Below, in pieces: positions 8,384 to 18,239 of a stretch of 64,000 bases of DNA (positions are counted from its first letter, which is position 1; every line of letters starts with the position of its first letter). The translations under genes were made by a program, and so were the position numbers. The DNA is taken from contig MDLB01000106.1 in NCBI GenBank assembly GCA_001730085.1, forward strand, positions 12,137 through 76,136, written 5' to 3'. The DNA is from PVC group bacterium (ex Bugula neritina AB1) (lineage in GTDB: Bacteria > GCA-001730085). The notes beneath the pieces are model-generated. The model was not told where the DNA came from. It ran no database searches and was given only the letters and a program-made list of their open reading frames with translations.

Positions 8384-9279
8384 GGCCTAATTGTTATTCA
8401 AGGATGAATGTTGCATTAGTTTAAGTGTTATTCTCGACTCTCTTAGAGTTTACAAGTAAAAGTGACTAAGTAAACTTAGGAGAGCAAGTCGGGTGTAGAG
8501 TGTTGCAGAGGTTTCAAAGTTCTAAGGAGACACCCGGAAGCTAAATTCTATCACAAAAATGAAATCTCTGAACAATTTCAAATAGGCACCCTATTCTAAA
8601 AATAGAGTTAGATTGTTGAAAAGTACGGCATAATCTTTTTTGTTGTTCTTTTAAAAATCTCGTTACTGTGGGGTAATCATTTTGAGTTTGTTAATGAGAG
8701 TTGGGAAGGATTTAAGGGAGGAATAGTAAGTTAAGATGATTTTTTAGCTTTGCTAGAGCATGAGAGTCTTTTGTGTTAAAATACTATCGTCTAAAAAAAA
8801 TAGGCATTTTAAAATGTAAATGCTTGTGTCTTAATAGGGGGAGGATTTTCCGAACTTATGACCTGATGAGAAGGACTTTCAGATTCTTCTTGGAAGCAAG
8901 TATCGCTAGTGCCTAATTAAAGTCACAAGGTCAATCCTCCATTATATGTTAGGGGCGGACCTAGGAAATTTTTAGAATATTAGATTGTTGCGAAATACCC
9001 CATATTTTTACGAAGGGAAGGGGTTTAAATCTAGTTTGTTATTTTGATAAAAGTTCGTATCCTTAATATTAGGTATGTTTTTTCAAAATCGTCACTCTGT
9101 TAAAGGCCTCTATACTTTAAAAAAGATGATGAGCTTTACTGCCATGATTTTCAACATACATGAATGTTTTGAGAGTAGCCCACTGTTTTTTTTAAGGGTG
9201 CAACGTTTTAATAACTATATTAAAGTATTAATGAATTTGATTTGAGGGCAACCTTGGAGCTAACAACATAAGGACATAT

Positions 9280-10503
9280 ATGAGACCGTTGATTGTTCAA
9301 AAATATGGAGGTTCGTCACTTGCAACATCTGACAAGATAAAAAATGTTGCATACCGGTTGATGAAAGAGAAAGAAAAAGATGTGGATCTGGTTGTTGTTC
9401 TTTCAGCAATGGGGAAGACGACAGATACGCTTATTTCTCTCGCACAAGAAATAAGCCCTAGGCCGTGTAAGAGAGAGTTGGATATGCTGCTGTCAACAGG
9501 AGAGCAGGTTTCTGTTTCTTTGCTGTCAATGGCTATTAAAGAGCTTGGAGGGCAAGCGATCTCATTAAATGCGATGCAAGCCAATATTTTGACAGACTCT
9601 TTTCATAGTGAATCACAGATTTTAGATATCGATACCCAAAGGATTAAGACTCATCTTCAAGAGGGAAAAATTGTTATTATTACGGGATATCAAGGCTTGA
9701 ATAAGGAAAAAGATATCACGACTCTTGGGCGAGGAGGTTCAGACCTTTCTGCGGTTGCTTTGGCGGTTGCTTTAAAAGCTCAGTGCTGTAAAATTTTAAC
9801 AGATGTTAGTGGAGTGTATACGGCAGATCCTAGGATAGTTTCGGATGCTAGGTGCTTGAAAAAAATTACGTATGAAGAGATGTTGGAGTTAGCAAGTATG
9901 GGAGCCAAAGTTTTGCATGCTCGCTCGGTTGAATTGGCTCAAAGATATGACTTGGAAGTTTATGTGAAGTCTAGTTTTGATGAGCAAAATGCTGGAACTC
10001 TTATTGAGAAGGATGTAAAAAAAATGGAAGAAATAACCATAACAGGTGTGGCTTTAAATAAAAATGAAGCGAAAGTCACCCTCGTGGGTGTTCCTGATCG
10101 TCCAGGTATGGCGGCAGAAGTTTTCACATGTTTGGCGGAGGCTAATATTAATATAGATATTATTATTCAAAATGTTAGTGTGGAAGGCTTTACTGATATT
10201 TCTTTTACGGTGAAGGAAGAAGATTTACATGTCACTATTCTCGTTTCCAAAGAAGCAGTTAGAGATTTAGAGGCTAAGGAAGTTATTTTCAAAAAGAATG
10301 TTTCAAAGTTGACCTTAGTTGGTGTAGGTATGAGAAGGCACTCAGGGATTGCGGCTAAAATGTTTCGCTGTTTGGCCGATAAAAACATCAATATAGAAAT
10401 GATCAGTACGTCTGAAATCAAAATTTCATGTGTGATTGATCAAGATAAAGGAGATCTTGCGGTTCAGGCTTTACACAAGGCTTTTGAGTTAGAAAAGAGT
10501 TGA
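9280..10503 (+). CDS. lysC: Aspartate kinase with C-terminal tandem ACT domains
   Basis: IVQKYGGSSL N-terminus, kinase core, two ACT-like repeats (VTLVGVPDRPGMAAEVF, LTLVGVGMRRHSGIAAKMF). Confidence 0.9.
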   Translation: MRPLIVQKYGGSSLATSDKIKNVAYRLMKEKEKDVDLVVVLSAMGKTTDTLISLAQEISPRPCKRELDMLLSTGEQVSVSLLSMAIKELGGQAISLNAMQANILTDSFHSESQILDIDTQRIKTHLQEGKIVIITGYQGLNKEKDITTLGRGGSDLSAVALAVALKAQCCKILTDVSGVYTADPRIVSDARCLKKITYEEMLELASMGAKVLHARSVELAQRYDLEVYVKSSFDEQNAGTLIEKDVKKMEEITITGVALNKNEAKVTLVGVPDRPGMAAEVFTCLAEANINIDIIIQNVSVEGFTDISFTVKEEDLHVTILVSKEAVRDLEAKEVIFKKNVSKLTLVGVGMRRHSGIAAKMFRCLADKNINIEMISTSEIKISCVIDQDKGDLAVQALHKAFELEKS

Positions 10504-10624
10504 GGATGTTTAAAAGCATTTCGGATACTTTGAATTTTAAAGGGCTTGCAGTTGCTTTGTAAAGGTTCAATTTGATCAAAAACGTATACGGAGATGGGTG
10601 AAAAATCCCTCATAATATGAAATT

Positions 10625-12232
10625 ATGAATGAAACAAAAAAAAATAAAATATATATATATGATACAACTTTGAGAGATGGTAGCCAAGGAGAAGGTGTTT
10701 CTTTTAATGGTGAAGATAAGGTGCGGGTTGCTCAGAAACTTGACGACCTTGGTGTGGACTTTATTGAGGGGGGATGGCCTGGTTCTAATCCCAAAGATGC
10801 CTATTTTTTTGAAAAAATGAAAAATGTCTCTTTGAATAATGCTAAGATGGCTGCATTTGGGAGTACTGCTCGCAAAGGTGTTCTTCCTGAAAAAGATAAT
10901 AATTTAAATATGCTTTTAGAATCTGAGGCTCCTGTTATAACTATTTTTGGAAAGTCTTGGGATTTTCATGTTAAGGAAGTTCTTAAAACAACCCTAGAAG
11001 ATAATCTTAATATCATAGAAAAATCTATTGCTTACCTAAAGAGTCATGGGCATGAAGTTGTCTATGATGCGGAGCACTTTTTTGATGGTGCGATAGCGAA
11101 TGAAGAATACGCTTATAAGACATTGGAAGCCGCTATCAATGGTGGAGCAGATTGGTTGGTTTTGTGTGACACTAATGGTGGAAGAATGCCTTGGGATGTG
11201 AAAGATCATGTTGAGATGGTTCTTAAAAAGTTTGATAAGCCTGTTGGTGTTCATTGCCATAATGATTCGGAGTTAGCCGTTGCTAATACATTGATGGCTG
11301 TTGAAGCTGGAGCTACACAAGTGCAGGGAACGATAAATGGCTATGGTGAGCGGTGTGGGAATGCTAACTTGTGCTCTTTGATACCCAGTTTAGAAATAAA
11401 AGGGCACTATCCTTGTTTGAAAGGTGAAAATCTTTCTAAGCTTGTTGAAACCTCATACTATATTGATCAACTGGCGAACATGGTGCCCAATGATAGAGCT
11501 GCTTATATTGGGAGAAGTGCCTTTGCACATAAAGGTGGCATGCATGTGAATGCTGTGAAAAAGAATGTGAAGACTTTTGAACATATAGATCCAGAGATAA
11601 TTGGGAATAAAAGGCGCATTTTGATATCAGAGCTGTCTGGAAAGAGCAATCTTGTGCTTAAAGCTCAGATGTTTGGCTTTGAAAATGTCGATGAAAAGTC
11701 TGATAAGATCCTTGCTATAGTGGAAGAGGTTAAAAACTTGGAAAACCAAGGTTATTCTTTTGAAGGAGCGGATGCTTCCTTACAGGTTTTGATGAGTCGC
11801 TTTTTTGGAACGGCGAAATCATTTTTTGAGGTGAATTCTTTTTCTGTTTTTGTTAATAGTAAAGACCAACAGGAAATAAGCACACAGGCAACGGTTGATA
11901 TTGATGTTTTTAATAAAAATGAACAAGTGATGGCGAATGGAGAAGGACCTATTCATGCGTTGGATAGTGCTCTTCGTAAAGCGCTACTGCCTTATTACTC
12001 TTCTTTAAAATTAGTTTATTTGACGGATTATAAAGTGCGTGTTTTTAATGCGAAAGAAGCTACCCAAGCTAAAGTTCGTGTTTTAATAAAATCATGTGAT
12101 GGTAGTCGGTCATGGTCCACCGTGGGTGTTTCTAGCAATATTGTTGAAGCTAGCTGGATAGCCCTTTTAGACAGTGTCACGTATTGTTTGCAGACCCCAA
12201 TGGCATCTGCTTCTGAAGTCAAAGAGAATTGA
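10625..12232 (+). CDS. cimA: (R)-citramalate synthase, long LeuA-family form (535 aa)
   Basis: YDTTLRDGSQGEGVSFNGEDKVRVAQKLDDLGVDFIEGGWPGSNPKD, HCHND and the C-terminal regulatory domain match the Geobacter-type CimA clade as I remember it. A LeuA-like alternative cannot be excluded by eye. Confidence 0.7.
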   Translation: MNETKKNKIYIYDTTLRDGSQGEGVSFNGEDKVRVAQKLDDLGVDFIEGGWPGSNPKDAYFFEKMKNVSLNNAKMAAFGSTARKGVLPEKDNNLNMLLESEAPVITIFGKSWDFHVKEVLKTTLEDNLNIIEKSIAYLKSHGHEVVYDAEHFFDGAIANEEYAYKTLEAAINGGADWLVLCDTNGGRMPWDVKDHVEMVLKKFDKPVGVHCHNDSELAVANTLMAVEAGATQVQGTINGYGERCGNANLCSLIPSLEIKGHYPCLKGENLSKLVETSYYIDQLANMVPNDRAAYIGRSAFAHKGGMHVNAVKKNVKTFEHIDPEIIGNKRRILISELSGKSNLVLKAQMFGFENVDEKSDKILAIVEEVKNLENQGYSFEGADASLQVLMSRFFGTAKSFFEVNSFSVFVNSKDQQEISTQATVDIDVFNKNEQVMANGEGPIHALDSALRKALLPYYSSLKLVYLTDYKVRVFNAKEATQAKVRVLIKSCDGSRSWSTVGVSSNIVEASWIALLDSVTYCLQTPMASASEVKEN

Positions 12233-12248
12233 GGAGTTTTCGTTAGAA

Positions 12249-14882
12249 ATGGATGTTTTAGAAAAGCTTTATGATCCCAAAAAAGTCGAGAAGAAATGGT
12301 ATGAGGAATCTTTGAAAAAAGGTTATTTTCAGCCATCTCCTTTGGCGAAAGCTAGTTCCTATACGATAGTTATTCCTCCTCCCAATGTGACAGGGTTTTT
12401 GCATATGGGACATGCTCTAAACTCGACAATCCAAGATGTATTGGTCAGAGTTAAAAGAATGCAAGGGGATAAAGCTTTGTGGGTGCCTGGGACGGATCAT
12501 GCGGGTATCGCCACTCAAAATGTTGTTGAAAAATCTCTCAAAAAACAAGGAAAAACCAAAGAAGATCTTGGTAGGGAAGCTTTTGTGAAGGAAGTTTGGG
12601 CTTGGAAAGAAAAACACGGCAATAGGATTGTAGACCAGCTTAAAAAATTAGGAGCTTCTTGTGATTGGGAAAGAGAGCGTTTCACAATGGATGAAGGGCT
12701 TTCAAAAGCTGTTCGCCGTTGCTTTTATATGCTTTATGAGAAGGGGTTGGTATACCGAGGCTACTATATTGTGAATTGGTGTCCGCGCTGCGGAACAGCC
12801 TTGTCTGATGAGGAATCTGAGCACAAAGAACTTAAAGGGGCGATGTATCATCTAAGATACGCTTTAGAGGGTGGAGAGTCTTCAGGAGAATGGATAGAGG
12901 TTGCGACAACCCGTCCTGAGACGATGTTTGGTGATGTTGCTGTAGCTATGAATCCTAATGATGAACGGTACAAATATTTGAAAGGTAAAAGCTTGATTTT
13001 ACCTATTTTAGGAAAGAAGATTCCTGTTATTGAAGATGAACATGTTGATCCAGACTTTGGAACAGGTTTAGTTAAAGTGACGCCGGCACATGATCCTAAT
13101 GATTTTGAAATGGCCAAGAGGCATGGATTGACATGGTCTTTTGTAATGACAGATAATGCCAAAATGAAAAATGCTGGTCAGTACGATGGGCTGGACAGAT
13201 TTGAATGTCGTGAAAAACTGATTTTAGACTTAAAAAAGCAAGGTATACTTGTGAAAATTGAAAGTCATATGCACTCGGTGGGGCATTGTTATCGGTGCGA
13301 TACGATTGTTGAGCCCAAAGCTTCAAAGCAATGGTTTGTAAAAATGAAACCTTTGGCAGAGAGGGCTTTGCAGGCAGAGAGAGATGGCAAGGTTTCTTTT
13401 TACCCCAAGAAATGGACAAAAATTTATACAGAATGGCTAGAAAATATACGTGACTGGTGTATTTCTCGTCAAATTTGGTGGGGTCACCAAATACCTGTTT
13501 GGTATTGTGATGACTGTGATGAGCAGACAGTGGAATTAGATGACCCTGAAAAATGCTCAGGTTGTGGTTCTGTGAATATAAGGCAAGAGCAAGATGTCTT
13601 AGATACATGGTTTTCTTCTTGGCTTTGGCCTTTTAGTTCTTTAGGCTGGCCAGACGCAACAAAAGATTTGGAAGATTTTTATCCTACTCAAACTTTGGTT
13701 ACAGCTCCTGATATTTTATTTTTCTGGGTTTCTAGGATGATAATGGCTGGATTAGAATTTACAGATACAGTTCCTTTTAAGAGAGTCTATCTTCACGGAG
13801 TGGTGAGAGATGATCAAGGTCGAAAAATGAGTAAATCTCTTGGCAATGCTATCGATCCTTTAGAATCGGTAGAGATGTACAGTGCAGATGCCTTAAGGTT
13901 CAGTTTGCTAATGTTGGCACCTTTAGGTCAAGATGTGCAACTGTCTTCCGAGAAATTTGTTTTAGGTCGAAACTTCGCTAATAAGATTTGGAATGCGGTG
14001 AGGTTTTTATCGATGAATGTGGATGAAACTCTTTCGGAGCAAGAGGAGGATTTTTCCCCGAAACCTGTAGATATTTTTGATAAGTGGATTTTATCTAGAT
14101 TGCATAGGATGATCGCCACCGTTAGCGAGTCTGTTGAAAAGTTTCGCTTTAATGACGCTGTTAACTGTCTTTATGATTTTATTTGGCATGATTTTTGCGA
14201 CTGGTATGTAGAGTTGATTAAAAGCCGTATAGGTGAAGTTGAAACTCAAAAATTTGCTTTGAATGTATTGAACACATCGATGCTTTGCTTGCATCCATTT
14301 ATGCCTTTTATTACCGAAGAAATTTGGCACTTACTGCCTTTAACTAAAAAAAAATCTTCGATTGTGGTTTCTGAGTGGCCAGAGCTCTCTTTAGACTTGA
14401 TTGATGAAGAAGTGGAAAAAGAGTTCTCTCTTATTAAAGATGTTATTCAGTCGACCAGAAATGTTCGTAGAGAATTAAAGCTTCCTTTAAATAAAGAACT
14501 TTGTTTAATCGTAGATTGTCGTCAGGAGCAAACTAAAACCTTATTGGAGGGTCGGAAAGATATTCTCTCTAAGTTTGCAAAACTTTCTTCTTTAGAGATT
14601 GGCGTGGATTTTGAAAAGCCTGCAGACTCTCGTGCTATTGTCCGTGACTATGGAACTTTGTATGTTTCCTTGGTGGGATTGATTGATACGGATGTTGAAA
14701 AAAAACGTTTGAACCGCGAACTAGAAAAAGTTGAGATAGAGATAAGTAAAATTGCGGGTAAGCTTTCTAATTCTGCCTTTATGAATAAGGCTCCCAAGGA
14801 AGTTGTTGAAAAAGAGATTGATAGGCGTAAAAAATATGAAAACATGAAACAAAACCTTCTTGATCAACTGGACCTTCTGTGA
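12249..14882 (+). CDS. valS: Valine--tRNA ligase
   Basis: PPPNVTGFLHMGHA (HIGH), KMSKS, C-terminal coiled coil. ATG 12249 (MDVLEKLYDPKKVEKKWY) preferred over the ORF-track start, which overlaps cimA. Confidence 0.95.
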   Translation: MDVLEKLYDPKKVEKKWYEESLKKGYFQPSPLAKASSYTIVIPPPNVTGFLHMGHALNSTIQDVLVRVKRMQGDKALWVPGTDHAGIATQNVVEKSLKKQGKTKEDLGREAFVKEVWAWKEKHGNRIVDQLKKLGASCDWERERFTMDEGLSKAVRRCFYMLYEKGLVYRGYYIVNWCPRCGTALSDEESEHKELKGAMYHLRYALEGGESSGEWIEVATTRPETMFGDVAVAMNPNDERYKYLKGKSLILPILGKKIPVIEDEHVDPDFGTGLVKVTPAHDPNDFEMAKRHGLTWSFVMTDNAKMKNAGQYDGLDRFECREKLILDLKKQGILVKIESHMHSVGHCYRCDTIVEPKASKQWFVKMKPLAERALQAERDGKVSFYPKKWTKIYTEWLENIRDWCISRQIWWGHQIPVWYCDDCDEQTVELDDPEKCSGCGSVNIRQEQDVLDTWFSSWLWPFSSLGWPDATKDLEDFYPTQTLVTAPDILFFWVSRMIMAGLEFTDTVPFKRVYLHGVVRDDQGRKMSKSLGNAIDPLESVEMYSADALRFSLLMLAPLGQDVQLSSEKFVLGRNFANKIWNAVRFLSMNVDETLSEQEEDFSPKPVDIFDKWILSRLHRMIATVSESVEKFRFNDAVNCLYDFIWHDFCDWYVELIKSRIGEVETQKFALNVLNTSMLCLHPFMPFITEEIWHLLPLTKKKSSIVVSEWPELSLDLIDEEVEKEFSLIKDVIQSTRNVRRELKLPLNKELCLIVDCRQEQTKTLLEGRKDILSKFAKLSSLEIGVDFEKPADSRAIVRDYGTLYVSLVGLIDTDVEKKRLNRELEKVEIEISKIAGKLSNSAFMNKAPKEVVEKEIDRRKKYENMKQNLLDQLDLL

Positions 14883-14903
14883 CCTTAGGACTTTGACATA
14901 GAT

Positions 14904-14931
14904 TGACACGTTTGCGAAATGTTAGATAATC
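14904..14931 (+). promoter_or_regulatory. Sigma70-like promoter candidate TTGACA-N16-GATAAT just downstream of valS
   Basis: TTGACA 14904-14909, 16-nt spacer, GATAAT 14926-14931. It points into about 590 nt with no ORF of 60 aa or more before def. Confidence 0.35.
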
Positions 14932-15523
14932 TTTCCTGATGTTCTTTAAAAAAAAACATGTCATTTCTAAAAAGTCTTATTTCTTTCAATAAAGCATAAG
15001 GGGTCGTTTGTAATTATTTCATGTTCTATATTTTTTCGAACTCTTTTCATAAGAGCTTTTATAGGAAGAAATGTTAAAGTTAATGATTTTTCAAGGGTAT
15101 TGTGGTATATTGTTTGTATCTAGCGTGAGAATCTTGCAAAGTCTAGGATAGTTATTATTTTTAGAAGATTTAGCCTGTTTTAGCCTTTTATTGTCAAACC
15201 GTATTTTGGATATGCTTCAGGTTTTGCTAAAAGACTTAAATCTTTCTAATGTCAAATAACCGAAAAGGATGCGATCGACTTTGCAGACATCTCGATATGT
15301 GGAGTTTCTACACAATTTTACACATTTCTTCTTGGATTTTTTTTAATTTTGTCATTTGAGATTGTGCAGAAGTTTCTTTGTCTAAACTTTAGGTTGATAG
15401 AGAGTAGATTTTTGCGGAATAACGCAGGGACTTTGTTGAAAGAACTTTTAAAATAGTTTGTTGTTTTTTAAAATAGCAAAATTTTGTAAAATTTTTTCAA
15501 GAAAGCTTGACAAGTTTTTCCCA

Positions 15524-16048
15524 ATGGTCTCAGTAAGGTTTCTTTTGAAAGATATTCTTTTTTACCCAGATGATGTTTTGCGGAAAGTTTCTTCTCCTGT
15601 TGAATCTCATGAGTTCGGTTCGCCTATGAAAAAATTTATTGAAGAACTGTACTCTTCGATGGACAAGGCTAATGGGATTGGTCTTGCGGCGCCACAGGTG
15701 GGGGTTTTGAAAAATGTTCTCGTTTACAAAACGGTTGGAGAGAAAGAAGAAGTGAATGACTATTTGATAAATCCTAAAATCACCTATACAGAAGGGAATA
15801 CCTTAGTTGAGGAAGGCTGTTTAAGCTTGCCGGGGGTTTTTGCTAAAGTGCCGCGTTCAGTAAAGATCACTATTGAAGCACAAGATTTTGAGGGGAAGCC
15901 TTTCACGAAAACCACAGAGTGTTTTTCATCCATAGTTATTCAACATGAAACTGATCACCTTGTAGGTAAGTTGTTTGTCGATAAGCTTTCTTTGATGAAG
16001 CGTAAAATGCTACTTACTAAATATAATCGAAATTCAAGGCGGAACTGA
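15524..16048 (+). CDS. def: Peptide deformylase
   Basis: GIGLAAPQVG, EGCLS and HETDH motifs. ATG 15524 chosen because the longer ORF adds an atypical 22-aa extension. Confidence 0.9.
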   Translation: MVSVRFLLKDILFYPDDVLRKVSSPVESHEFGSPMKKFIEELYSSMDKANGIGLAAPQVGVLKNVLVYKTVGEKEEVNDYLINPKITYTEGNTLVEEGCLSLPGVFAKVPRSVKITIEAQDFEGKPFTKTTECFSSIVIQHETDHLVGKLFVDKLSLMKRKMLLTKYNRNSRRN

Positions 16049-16992
16049 TGTTGCGTTGTTGTTTTATGGGGACACCTGCTTTTTCTGTTCCCAGCTTGAG
16101 AAAAATAATCCAATCGGGACATGAGATTTCTCTTGTTGTGTCGAAACCTGATAAACCAATAGGGCGGAATCGGAAAATTTCACCGACACCTATTAAGCAA
16201 GAGGCTTTGAAGCATTCTTTAAATATAGAACAGCCAGAAAAAGTGAGTGATCCGCTCTTTATTAACAAGTTAGAGAATTTAAATCTGGATATAGGGCTTG
16301 TTGTTAGCTATGGAGCTATACTGCCTTTATCTGTTTTGAAAATACCTCGCTATGGTTTTATTAATCTTCACCCGTCTCTTTTGCCCAAGTATAGAGGGCC
16401 GTCTCCTTTGCAGGCCGCGTTGGCTGCAGGAGATACTGTTTCAGGTATTACAATCATGAGAGTTAACGAAAAGATGGATGCGGGACCTATTCTTAGCCAA
16501 TCTGAAGAGATTATTTTGCCTGCCGATAATTTAGAGATTTTCTACGATAGAATGGCGGAAAAGGGAGCTGATAGGCTGTGCGAAGTTTTGGAAGTCTTTG
16601 ATCGCACGGGTACCTGTGTTTCTGTCCCTCAAAAGGAAGAAGATGCGGTTTACTGCCCAAAAATTGATGATAATTTTTCTCGGATAGATTGGAAGTGGCC
16701 GGCAGAAAAGATTGTTAATAGGGCTAAAAGTTTAGCTCCACGTCCAGGTCTTCGGACATCATGGCAAGGTCGATTTTTTAAGATTTTAAAAGCTTCTGTT
16801 TTTTCTAAAGTTTCTTCTGGGCACAAGAGTGGAACTATTGTTGCTCATCATAAAAATGAAGCTTTAGAGGTTGCCACTGTTGATGGTTCTCTATTGGTGC
16901 AAGAGTTACAAATAGAGGGCTCTAGGAAAATGACGGCACAGGACTTTGTGAATGGAAAAGGTTCTAATTCGGTTGGAACATCTTTGGTATGA
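16048..16992 (+). CDS. fmt: Methionyl-tRNA formyltransferase
   Basis: FMGTPAFSVPSL N-terminus, INLHPSLLPKYRG. TGATG 1-nt overlap with def. Confidence 0.92.
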   Translation: MLRCCFMGTPAFSVPSLRKIIQSGHEISLVVSKPDKPIGRNRKISPTPIKQEALKHSLNIEQPEKVSDPLFINKLENLNLDIGLVVSYGAILPLSVLKIPRYGFINLHPSLLPKYRGPSPLQAALAAGDTVSGITIMRVNEKMDAGPILSQSEEIILPADNLEIFYDRMAEKGADRLCEVLEVFDRTGTCVSVPQKEEDAVYCPKIDDNFSRIDWKWPAEKIVNRAKSLAPRPGLRTSWQGRFFKILKASVFSKVSSGHKSGTIVAHHKNEALEVATVDGSLLVQELQIEGSRKMTAQDFVNGKGSNSVGTSLV

Positions 16993-18239
16993 ATACACGA
17001 GCTTTAGCTTTGGATCTTTTAGAAAAGTGGGAGAAGACCGATCAATTTCTGGCACAAATCCTAGACTCTTGTTGTAAACAAAAAAAATTAAATGAAAAAG
17101 ATAGAGCTTTTTTGCAGGAGCTGGTTTATGGTGTTTTGCGCTGGCGCCCTTGGTTGGACTCTGTGATTAAAAAATCTGTGAAAGATCCTCAAAAAAAAAT
17201 GTCATCTTTGATCAAAAATGTTTTGCGTTTGGGTATTTATCAGATGGTTTTTTTGGAAAAAGTACCTATTTATGCTTCTATCAATGAAACATTGAATCTT
17301 TTGCGTTGTCGTGTGAAGCGTGGTTTTGTTAATGCTGTTTTAAGGAATTATGATCGAAGTGTAGGTGAATATAAACTTCCTTCTTCCGAAGAGGGGATCC
17401 CTGCAAAAATCAAAGATTATCTGTCTCGTGAATGCCCGAAGGTTGATTTGACTCCCGTGTGGGAATCAATCCAAAAGAAGCCTCTTATTTATGCAAGGTG
17501 GAACCCACTTACTGGTACGAGAGATGTTTTAGAAGCAATTTGGCAACAAGAAAATCGAAAATATCAATGTGTTAATGAGTCACAAGGTATTTATCACTTA
17601 GAAAAAATAGAGACAAATGTAGAGACGTGGCCAAGCTTTCAAAAAGGACTTTTTACTATCCAAGATGTTTATGCATCTTCAGTTGTATCTCACTTGGATG
17701 TCAAAGAGCATCATAAGGTTTTAGATGCATGTGCAGCACCTGGGGGTAAGTCTTTTCAAATCGCGACTTATTTGAAGAATGCTGATCAACTGGTTGCTTT
17801 AGATGTTAGTAAGAAGAGGTTAGATAATTTAAAAAAGGCGGCTTTGCGCCTTAAAGTTGACAATATAAAATTGGTTGAAGGAGATGCAAAAAAACATGTT
17901 TTTTTGGAAAAGTTTGACCGGATTTTATTGGATGTTCCTTGTTCTAACTTGGGAGTCTTGAACAGGCGCTTAGATGTGAGATTTAGATTCTCACAAAAAC
18001 AACAGAACAGCTTGATTGGAATACAAAGAGAAATATTGGAAAATATGTCTTCTTTTGTTAAGCAAGATGGAATCATGGTTTACAGTACGTGCACTTTATC
18101 GCGGAAAGAAAACCAAGACCAAGTCCGTGCGTTTTTAAAAAAAAATCCTAATTTTTTTTGTTCTTATCAAGCTCTTAATATTCCTGGACACGAGAAAGGA
18201 GATGGGGGGTATGTTGCTATTTTGCACCGCTCATCTTGA
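16989..18239 (+). CDS. rsmB: 16S rRNA (cytosine-C5)-methyltransferase RsmB/Sun
   Basis: NusB-like N-terminal domain, DACAAPGGKS SAM motif, DVPCS and YSTCT catalytic Cys motifs. ATGA overlap with fmt. Confidence 0.88.
   Translation: MNTRALALDLLEKWEKTDQFLAQILDSCCKQKKLNEKDRAFLQELVYGVLRWRPWLDSVIKKSVKDPQKKMSSLIKNVLRLGIYQMVFLEKVPIYASINETLNLLRCRVKRGFVNAVLRNYDRSVGEYKLPSSEEGIPAKIKDYLSRECPKVDLTPVWESIQKKPLIYARWNPLTGTRDVLEAIWQQENRKYQCVNESQGIYHLEKIETNVETWPSFQKGLFTIQDVYASSVVSHLDVKEHHKVLDACAAPGGKSFQIATYLKNADQLVALDVSKKRLDNLKKAALRLKVDNIKLVEGDAKKHVFLEKFDRILLDVPCSNLGVLNRRLDVRFRFSQKQQNSLIGIQREILENMSSFVKQDGIMVYSTCTLSRKENQDQVRAFLKKNPNFFCSYQALNIPGHEKGDGGYVAILHRSS

Noticed and set aside
8863-8870. CTGATGAG, the hallmark 5' core of hammerhead ribozymes, inside the GC-richer island.
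   Set aside because: The required downstream core is missing. After the only plausible stem II (AGAAG/CTTCT) the sequence is TGGAAGC rather than a GAAA core pairing into stem III, and I find no matching cleavage-site helix. An 8-mer is expected by chance about once or twice in 128 kb of two-strand sequence.
8830-8960. Loose resemblance to a SAM-I riboswitch (CTTAATAGGGGGAGGA..., ATGA, GTGCCTAATT) or a lysine riboswitch upstream of aspartokinase.
   Set aside because: The P1 halves do not pair (CTTAAT has no ATTAAG partner). The kink-turn/P2 geometry and the conserved CGGCAACC and L-box AGAGGCGC/GCCGAAG/CTGTCA blocks are absent. The element lies about 340 nt from the aspartokinase start with no terminator or anti-terminator in between. 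It is kept only as an unclassified structured candidate.
8608-8990. 11-nt direct repeat TTAGATTGTTG at 8608-8618 and 8980-8990, with similar flanks (tagag.. and tagaat..).
   Set aside because: A single 11-mer repeat within 900 bp of AT-biased sequence has roughly a 1-in-10 or better chance of occurring randomly. There is no third copy or palindromic operator structure.
9075-9245. 56-aa plus-strand ORF (MFFQNRHSVKGLYTLKKMMSFTAMIFNIHECF...) just upstream of aspartokinase; possible leader peptide.
   Set aside because: The Shine-Dalgarno sequence is weak and the composition looks like translated AT-rich spacer. There is no run of regulatory codons (Lys/Thr/Met/Ile) as expected for an attenuation leader, and no following terminator.
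8384-9279. Possible replication origin: the gene strand switches here (minus-strand genes to the left, about 55 kb of almost exclusively plus-strand genes to the right) and the spacer is long and partly AT-rich.
   Set aside because: I found no TTATCCACA/TGTGGATAA-type DnaA boxes; the nearest look-alikes (TCTATCACA at about 8546, TGTGGGGTAA at about 8667) have indels or several mismatches. No dnaA/dnaN is adjacent. My small hand samples of G versus C on the plus strand did not show a clear skew flip across the spacer. A cumulative GC-skew plot on the whole contig plus a DnaA-box PWM scan would settle it.
12848-13608. Long antisense ORFs inside valS (104 and 170 aa), and similar antisense or out-of-frame ORFs inside uvrA, lysC, cimA, rsmB, aroF, radA, glnE-like, comEC, rng, obg, proA, argS, pyk, the antiporter, the 959-aa gene, tig, clpP, clpX, lon, coaC, coaB and the CorC-like gene.
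   Set aside because: All are fully embedded in strongly supported genes, have no Shine-Dalgarno sequence or recognisable motifs, and have low-complexity or odd composition. They are typical shadow ORFs.
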